Of a stretch of 12,164 nt of DNA, positions 7,417 through 12,164 are shown piece by piece (positions within the stretch are counted from its first letter, which is position 1; the number at the start of each line of letters is the position of its first letter). Position numbers and translations under genes: made by a program. Source of the DNA: a bacterium (GTDB lineage: Bacteria; Fidelibacterota; Marinisomatia; Marinisomatales; UBA1611); the NCBI GenBank assembly GCA_038127595.1, contig JAYPIC010000049.1, positions 1-12,164 on the forward strand. The letters are read 5' to 3'. The notes under the pieces are model-generated. The model was given only the letters and a program-made list of their open reading frames with translations. It searched no databases and had not been told where the DNA came from.

Positions 7417-8362
7417 ACGAATTTATAATTTTCCCAAAAACATCAAGACTTTGACGTATATCATTGCGGGCAGTACTTGAACGATCTACAATCTTGATTA
7501 TTGTTCCCCAACATTCTTGTTCATCATCGTATTCAATTGGTTTTTGTTTTCTTTTCCCAAAAAGTAACTCAAAGTGATTATTCAATTGATCTATTCTTTT
7601 TTGAATGCTTTCTTTTTCATAATCCAAACCAAAAAATCTTATCTTTTTTTTTCTAGAAAAAAGTAACAAGGTTATAAGTAAAATATTGGGTGAGCTATTT
7701 TCAATATTTGAAAAACCATATTCACTAGCAGGTTGCATTGTCTTCCTTACTCCGCCTAGAGTAACTCTGATATTTGGTATTAACTGATCCTCATTAGGAT
7801 GTAATTCTAAAATAATATCCTGCCAATCATGATCCATACTAGTAGACATTTCTTTCAGCCATAGTTTTGCATATTTCTTCTCATCAAACGGCTCAGTAGT
7901 TAAGAAATTTTGTAATGACTCAATAGATAAAAAATTGGCTAAATCTATATCACTATAGAATCCCATAGACCACTTTCTTATTTTATTTAAAAAGATACTT
8001 TGCCTTTTCGTAGCTGAAATTATCCAAAACAATAAAATTTCTACCAAAATCAAAACAATTATCAAAATGATATTAAAAATACCAAAAATAACTCCAGCAT
8101 AAATAAGTATTAAGGTGATTAGTATTTGCAGAAAGATTAGGCCAAAATAAAAACGATCATTTACTTTCTGCGATCGTATACCATCATTTACAAATCCATG
8201 AAAGAAAGAAAAATCATTTAGCACAGACATACCGTCCTCATTAATTTTTTCTAAGCACTCCTGTAGTTTTAAATAAAGTTCACTTTGGTCAAACTTTTGA
8301 CCATATTCTATTTCAAAAAACCGCTTAAGTATGCTAAGACCGATCACGTTTTTATTGCCCAA
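7394..8362 (-). CDS. Hypothetical 2-TM membrane protein with possible C-terminal winged-helix-like domain (start may be GTG 8347)
   Basis: About 47-residue hydrophobic hairpin FYFGLIFLQILITLILIYAGVIFGIFNIILIIVLILVEILLFWIISA, followed by a long soluble domain. Confidence 0.65.
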   Translation of the reverse strand: MGNKNVIGLSILKRFFEIEYGQKFDQSELYLKLQECLEKINEDGMSVLNDFSFFHGFVNDGIRSQKVNDRFYFGLIFLQILITLILIYAGVIFGIFNIILIIVLILVEILLFWIISATKRQSIFLNKIRKWSMGFYSDIDLANFLSIESLQNFLTTEPFDEKKYAKLWLKEMSTSMDHDWQDIILELHPNEDQLIPNIRVTLGGVRKTMQPASEYGFSNIENSSPNILLITLLLFSRKKKIRFFGLDYEKESIQKRIDQLNNHFELLFGKRKQKPIEYDDEQECWGTIIKIVDRSSTARNDIRQSLDVFGKIINSYVGYDAV

Positions 8363-8870
8363 ATCTAGGTTGGTTTAGGTAAAACTTATACCGACTTAAA
8401 GATCGCAACGTATCTAATGATCTTCTATGAAACCCAAGAACATTATTAAGAGAATCTAATTCATATTGGATCAGCATTTTTTCAAGTTCAATATTCATCT
8501 CCGGCCTTTTAGAGTCAACTGAGTCAATTCGTATCTTTTTTTCTTCATTAATTCTTGCAAGCATTTCACTGTAACCAAACTCAAATTTTATATCTTCAAG
8601 ACGCTGAATTAAGACTGAATCCATACTTTCATATTTTTTTTCAACAAGTGCCAAAGAATCCAGTGCCCACTCTTTGTATGCTATATTCTCAAGAGTGGAG
8701 ATTATAGATTTTTTAATTCGATTGGATTTTTCATTTCTTACCATAAGCTTGTCATATTCATTGACATCTTTGGTGACAAATGAATAATCTCTTTCAACAC
8801 CGAATATATACAGCATTATTACACCGATTGCTAAGAGTAGTGCTAGAAGTTGAGATGTGTTAATATTCAT
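8352..8870 (-). CDS. Hypothetical N-terminally membrane-anchored alpha-helical/coiled-coil-like protein
   Basis: LLALLLAIGVIMLYIFGV anchor, then E/K/L-rich helical sequence with repeated LDS/MDS/IDS motifs. Confidence 0.65.
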   Translation of the reverse strand: MNINTSQLLALLLAIGVIMLYIFGVERDYSFVTKDVNEYDKLMVRNEKSNRIKKSIISTLENIAYKEWALDSLALVEKKYESMDSVLIQRLEDIKFEFGYSEMLARINEEKKIRIDSVDSKRPEMNIELEKMLIQYELDSLNNVLGFHRRSLDTLRSLSRYKFYLNQPRFGQ

Positions 8871-8898
8871 TTTATAAATCTATATTGTTAAAAACATT

Positions 8899-9021
8899 AT
8901 GAATCAAAAAATCATTGTTGCCGCAGTCTGTATTTCATCATTTATACTATGGTGGTTTGAAATTTTCCCAATTCTACTTCTCATTCTGCCTATTATGTAT
9001 ATTAAAGGGCTCAAAGACTAG
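8899..9021 (+). CDS. Putative small membrane protein, 40 aa (absent from the ORF track)
   Basis: ATG 8899 to TAG 9021: MNQKIIVAAVCISSFILWWFEIFPILLLILPIMYIKGLKD. It fills most of the 162-bp gap, with charged ends around a long hydrophobic core. Confidence 0.55.
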   Translation: MNQKIIVAAVCISSFILWWFEIFPILLLILPIMYIKGLKD

Positions 9022-9032
9022 GTTTAACCTAA

Positions 9033-11618
9033 CTAATAAACATCGTATTTATACATCCATTGCCAAGGACTAAAATCTGTACGAATAGTGTCTTGGACAA
9101 AACTTTTTGGGCGAAAAGCTTCTACATCAATTTGTTTTTCACCAACATTTGTAGTCAAAGTTAAAACTGTTTCGTTATCTCCTATTTTTAATCTTGAGCG
9201 GTCTATCAATATTTTTACGGTAGTCGCAGATTGAACGATACCTTCACTTGGGACTGCTTTAAGCCAATTAACATTAGGTTCTATAGTCCAGGTTAACGTT
9301 CCACCTCCATAATTTTTAATATTGAATACTTGAGCAGTTTTGGTTGAATCGAAGGATACATATTTTGTATCTAAGTATAAAGATGGTTTTGCTACAATGA
9401 GCTCAACAGGTATTTTCTTTGTCCCAACATTTGAGTTTACGATTATTTCTGCTCTATACTTACCCGTTTTTAAGCCTGACCTTTTTACAGTGGCTGTGCA
9501 TATTGATCTCTTTTTTGCTGAACCTTCTTTTTTATCAAAGTATATCCAATTTTCCTTTGCAGAAAGTGACCACATCAATAATCCACCTCCATTATTGATA
9601 ATTGGGAAATTTAGTTTGCTTGTTTCAGTGATAAAATTAAGTGGTTTTTCTGGGACAACTAAAACAGGCGTTTTATTTACAATAACTTTACAAGGTCCCA
9701 CGACAGATGAATAAGTAGGGTTATTTGAATTCGCTATTTTGACAAGGAAGCTATCACCAACTATAAGATTATTCCACCAGTTAAATTTTCCCTCATTCGG
9801 TATGTCATCAGCAACATTTACCCAGTTTGATCCACCATCAGAGCTTACAAATATATCTACGAGAGGCAACCATCCATTAGTTTCCCAGGATATTTCAACC
9901 ATTTTTACTTCTTGATATGCTAAACCCTTCGTTGGAGAGTTAATTTCAATTATTACATCATTTTGAATATTTGAGTAACTTTTTTCAAGCTGATTTTCAA
10001 GAATATTTTGAATTTCTAGATCTAAATCGCCAATATTTCTATTAATAAGCCCATCACTTTTGATTGCAGAACTCCAATGGTTCCCATCAATGAAGATATT
10101 ACTATGATCACTAGCATAGCTTGATATTTCTTGTCCGCCATGATAGAAACGAAGCTCAAAGTCTTTTACTACTGGATTGACGATTGAAACGCTATCTATT
10201 TTTGGCACGTAAGTATTCATAAAGTGATGCCTCAAGTAATAGATATTAGATGATGGTAGGTCTTTTTTCCGTATAACCCAATCACTATACTCATCTGTAC
10301 TATCAATCAAACCAGTAAATTTTTCATATTGAAGCCAAGTATCGGAGTTTCGTCCAGCCAAAGGGTTCCATCCACATTGAAAAGGCGAGTCTAAGTATGT
10401 TATTGTTTGTTCCCTGGAATTTTGAATTTCAAAAATTGGTGACCAAACTCCTTTCCCAGTGCAAGGTTGCCACGAAAACTCGCTTCCCCCATCATTTGAA
10501 TTATAATCAAAACTCACCCAACCTAGCCTACCAAAAGGTACTTTACGTTTTATTTTTGTTTCATAGTTACTAACCCATCCACTAGCCTCATATTGTGCAT
10601 CATTCCAATCAGCCCAAATATTTTTATACCCCTTTTTATCTAGAGCACTGCTTTTATAATTATCAATGAAGTTGCTATTTACTACGTATAAATATGGATC
10701 ATTTTTTTCTTCCCAATCACTTTCATAACTATCTTTGCTCCAATTTGTTACTTCCAATCCAAAACCACCATTTTGTTCTATCGTGCAATACTCCATATTT
10801 ACATTGCTTCCTCCACCAATTAGAAGTCCATTGAGCCCATTATTTGCAATAGTCGCATAGGTAATTACGCTTATGCCGGGTGTTAGTACTAAACCATGTC
10901 TGTTTTGACTTACAAATAAATTTGAAGCAGTTAAATGTCCATGATTAATAATTCCATTATCCGAGTTATTTATAATTTTTACATTACGAAGGTTTATCAT
11001 CCCGAAAGTATTATTAACTATACCAGGCCCAACGCCTTTTGCGATGCTCAGCCAGTCGATATTTACATTTCCTTTTTCAATGAAAAGCGAAACACCCTCT
11101 GAATTAAAAATTTCAATGTTACTAAAAGAAATTGAGTCAGAACTTTCAGAATTAATGGAAAGAGCGTTTCCCCCAGAGGATTTTATTGTAGAATTGGTTA
11201 CTTTTATAGGAGACCTTATATCCAAGGCATTTGTAGCATTTGAAAGCTCAAGAAATTCTATTACACTACCACTCTGGGTGCTATCAAATTTCAATCCTTG
11301 CCAATAATTTTTATCATTCGATTTTGATTTAGGACCAATAAAAATAGGATTTTGTCTACTCCCCAATATTTTTAACGTTCCACTAATAATAAATTGTATT
11401 CCGCTGTTTTCACTTTCTTTATTTTCATTGTGAATATAAATGCTAACATTTTCTTTAATTGTCAAGGTGGCTCCAGGTTTTACGATGACATTTTGAGTTA
11501 TATTTTTATTACGTAACCATTCTGTATTATTTTTGATTATTATGTCTGAAAATGAAAAATTGAGTGATGAAAAAAAATAAATTAATAGTTGGATTAGTTT
11601 TTTTCTTGAGGCCATCAT
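9033..11618 (-). CDS. Large secreted protein: right-handed beta-helix, Trp-rich insert, Ig-like domain and two BACON-like domains
   Basis: Signal peptide; VIVKPGATLTI...GTLKILGSRQNPIF...WQGLKF beta-helix cap; repeated I.NN...G(I/L) coils; IEINSPTKG..ISWET..VDIFVSSDGGSNW..IPNEGKFNW; two P.L......F...I.N.GGG.L.W......W repeats. Confidence 0.8.
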   Translation of the reverse strand: MMASRKKLIQLLIYFFSSLNFSFSDIIIKNNTEWLRNKNITQNVIVKPGATLTIKENVSIYIHNENKESENSGIQFIISGTLKILGSRQNPIFIGPKSKSNDKNYWQGLKFDSTQSGSVIEFLELSNATNALDIRSPIKVTNSTIKSSGGNALSINSESSDSISFSNIEIFNSEGVSLFIEKGNVNIDWLSIAKGVGPGIVNNTFGMINLRNVKIINNSDNGIINHGHLTASNLFVSQNRHGLVLTPGISVITYATIANNGLNGLLIGGGSNVNMEYCTIEQNGGFGLEVTNWSKDSYESDWEEKNDPYLYVVNSNFIDNYKSSALDKKGYKNIWADWNDAQYEASGWVSNYETKIKRKVPFGRLGWVSFDYNSNDGGSEFSWQPCTGKGVWSPIFEIQNSREQTITYLDSPFQCGWNPLAGRNSDTWLQYEKFTGLIDSTDEYSDWVIRKKDLPSSNIYYLRHHFMNTYVPKIDSVSIVNPVVKDFELRFYHGGQEISSYASDHSNIFIDGNHWSSAIKSDGLINRNIGDLDLEIQNILENQLEKSYSNIQNDVIIEINSPTKGLAYQEVKMVEISWETNGWLPLVDIFVSSDGGSNWVNVADDIPNEGKFNWWNNLIVGDSFLVKIANSNNPTYSSVVGPCKVIVNKTPVLVVPEKPLNFITETSKLNFPIINNGGGLLMWSLSAKENWIYFDKKEGSAKKRSICTATVKRSGLKTGKYRAEIIVNSNVGTKKIPVELIVAKPSLYLDTKYVSFDSTKTAQVFNIKNYGGGTLTWTIEPNVNWLKAVPSEGIVQSATTVKILIDRSRLKIGDNETVLTLTTNVGEKQIDVEAFRPKSFVQDTIRTDFSPWQWMYKYDVY
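9110..9670 (-). repeat. Tandem BACON-like domain duplication (approx. 9385-9670 and 9110-9385)
   Basis: PVLVVPEKPLNF..FPIINNGGGLLMWSLSAKENWI..VKRSGLKTG..IIVNSNVG aligns with PSLYLDTKYVSF..FNIKNYGGGTLTWTIEPNVNWL..IDRSRLKIG..LTLTTNVG. Confidence 0.8.
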
Positions 11619-11638
11619 TATTAAAATTTAGAAAACAT

Positions 11639-11658
11639 AAATCAATGAGGCTTGATTT
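11639..11658. promoter_or_regulatory. Inverted repeat AAATCAA-N6-TTGATTT (operator or weak hairpin) upstream of the beta-helix gene
   Basis: Perfect 7-bp arms in the 50-bp intergenic gap. It is AT-rich, so a chance match cannot be excluded. Confidence 0.3.
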
Positions 11659-11668
11659 TTATAAAGAT

Positions 11669-12103
11669 TTAGATGGCAATTTTACCTTTGCCTAAAATAG
11701 TTTCGTTATACTTATTAGCCATTTTTAACGCCTCCTCATAACTAACATCAACATTCTTAACCCTTAATATGCGTTTTAAAAAGTTGGATAATAAGTAACC
11801 ATACAACGAATAATTCACCATTTCCATGTTACTAGCTGCCAGACTAAGTATTCCAAGAGTTGAATTACCACACATGAAACAGCTCAATTTAAAGCGTTGT
11901 TTCATAAACTTTTTTTCATACGCTTTAGACTGATCCCTATGATATTCATCATTTAAGATATTGAAAAAATGGGATTTTGGTATTTCAACTCCAGCTCTAT
12001 ACGCTTTCCAACTTTTTTTATGTTCGACAACTTTTATATGATCAGAATTGTGCTGAGAAAAAGAAAAGCAAAAAATAAATACTATGTACAATAGAGCTTT
12101 CAT
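11669..12103 (-). CDS. Hypothetical exported/membrane protein
   Basis: Signal peptide MKALLYIVFIFCFSFSQ; moderately hydrophobic late segment; C-terminal SYEEALKMANKYN helix. Confidence 0.65.
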   Translation of the reverse strand: MKALLYIVFIFCFSFSQHNSDHIKVVEHKKSWKAYRAGVEIPKSHFFNILNDEYHRDQSKAYEKKFMKQRFKLSCFMCGNSTLGILSLAASNMEMVNYSLYGYLLSNFLKRILRVKNVDVSYEEALKMANKYNETILGKGKIAI

Positions 12104-12110
12104 GAAAATC

Positions 12111-12164
12111 TTATTTCAATAATATCATTTTTTTCATGTGATGATGATCTCCAGCCTGTAAAGT
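12111..12164 (-). CDS. 3' end of a protein with a T9SS type A (Por secretion)-like C-terminal sorting domain
   Basis: Minus-strand frame from the window edge reads TLQAGDHHHMKKMILLK-TAA, matching the CTD terminus (Y.L.AG.....KKMxLLK); the stop is 7 nt before the next ATG. Confidence 0.8.
   Translation of the reverse strand, partial: TLQAGDHHHMKKMILLK

Noticed and set aside
8902..8914. Two nearby AATCA copies as a possible winged-helix binding site
   Set aside because: Short, AT-rich and closer than one helical turn; likely chance.
9019..9031. Palindrome TAGGTT-T-AACCTA between convergent stops
   Set aside because: Too short, with a minimal loop and no U-tract, to call a terminator.
9340..9714. 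124-aa plus-strand ORF
   Set aside because: Antisense to the BACON-like region; no independent support.
11044..11307. 87-aa plus-strand ORF
   Set aside because: Antisense to the beta-helix coils; no independent support.
1..12164. CRISPR array, tRNA/rRNA, IS element, prophage or known defence system
   Set aside because: No spaced direct repeats or RNA-gene-like segments; intergenic gaps are tiny; no transposase, integrase, nuclease or NTPase motifs in any ORF.

Overview
AT-rich, gene-dense bacterial window with no rRNA, tRNA, CRISPR array or mobile element visible. The gene content and a T9SS-type C-terminal tail suggest an FCB-group organism, plausibly marine Marinimicrobia (inference only). 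There are three blocks. (1) A tightly coupled minus-strand operon (5028->1): TPR lipoprotein, dihydroorotate dehydrogenase, trmL, rlpA, DAG-kinase-family lipid kinase and cdsA (truncated by the window edge). (2) Small genes (5088-6901): PEGA-like membrane protein, 71-aa zinc finger, DUF1232/YkvA, bolA and a TerB-like gene. (3) A mostly uncharacterised minus-strand envelope block (12164->6910): the tail of a T9SS-CTD protein, a secreted hypothetical, an 861-aa beta-helix/Ig/2xBACON protein, a membrane-anchored helical protein, a 2-TM protein with a possible winged-helix C-terminal domain, and a small exported TPR protein. Three coding regions are missing from the ORF track: the cdsA 5' part (1-327), a 40-aa hydrophobic ORF (8899-9021) and the CTD tail (12111-12164). 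The best candidate for an undescribed system is the 8870->6910 trio, a possible transmembrane signalling module. All family calls come from motif recognition by eye, not database searches.
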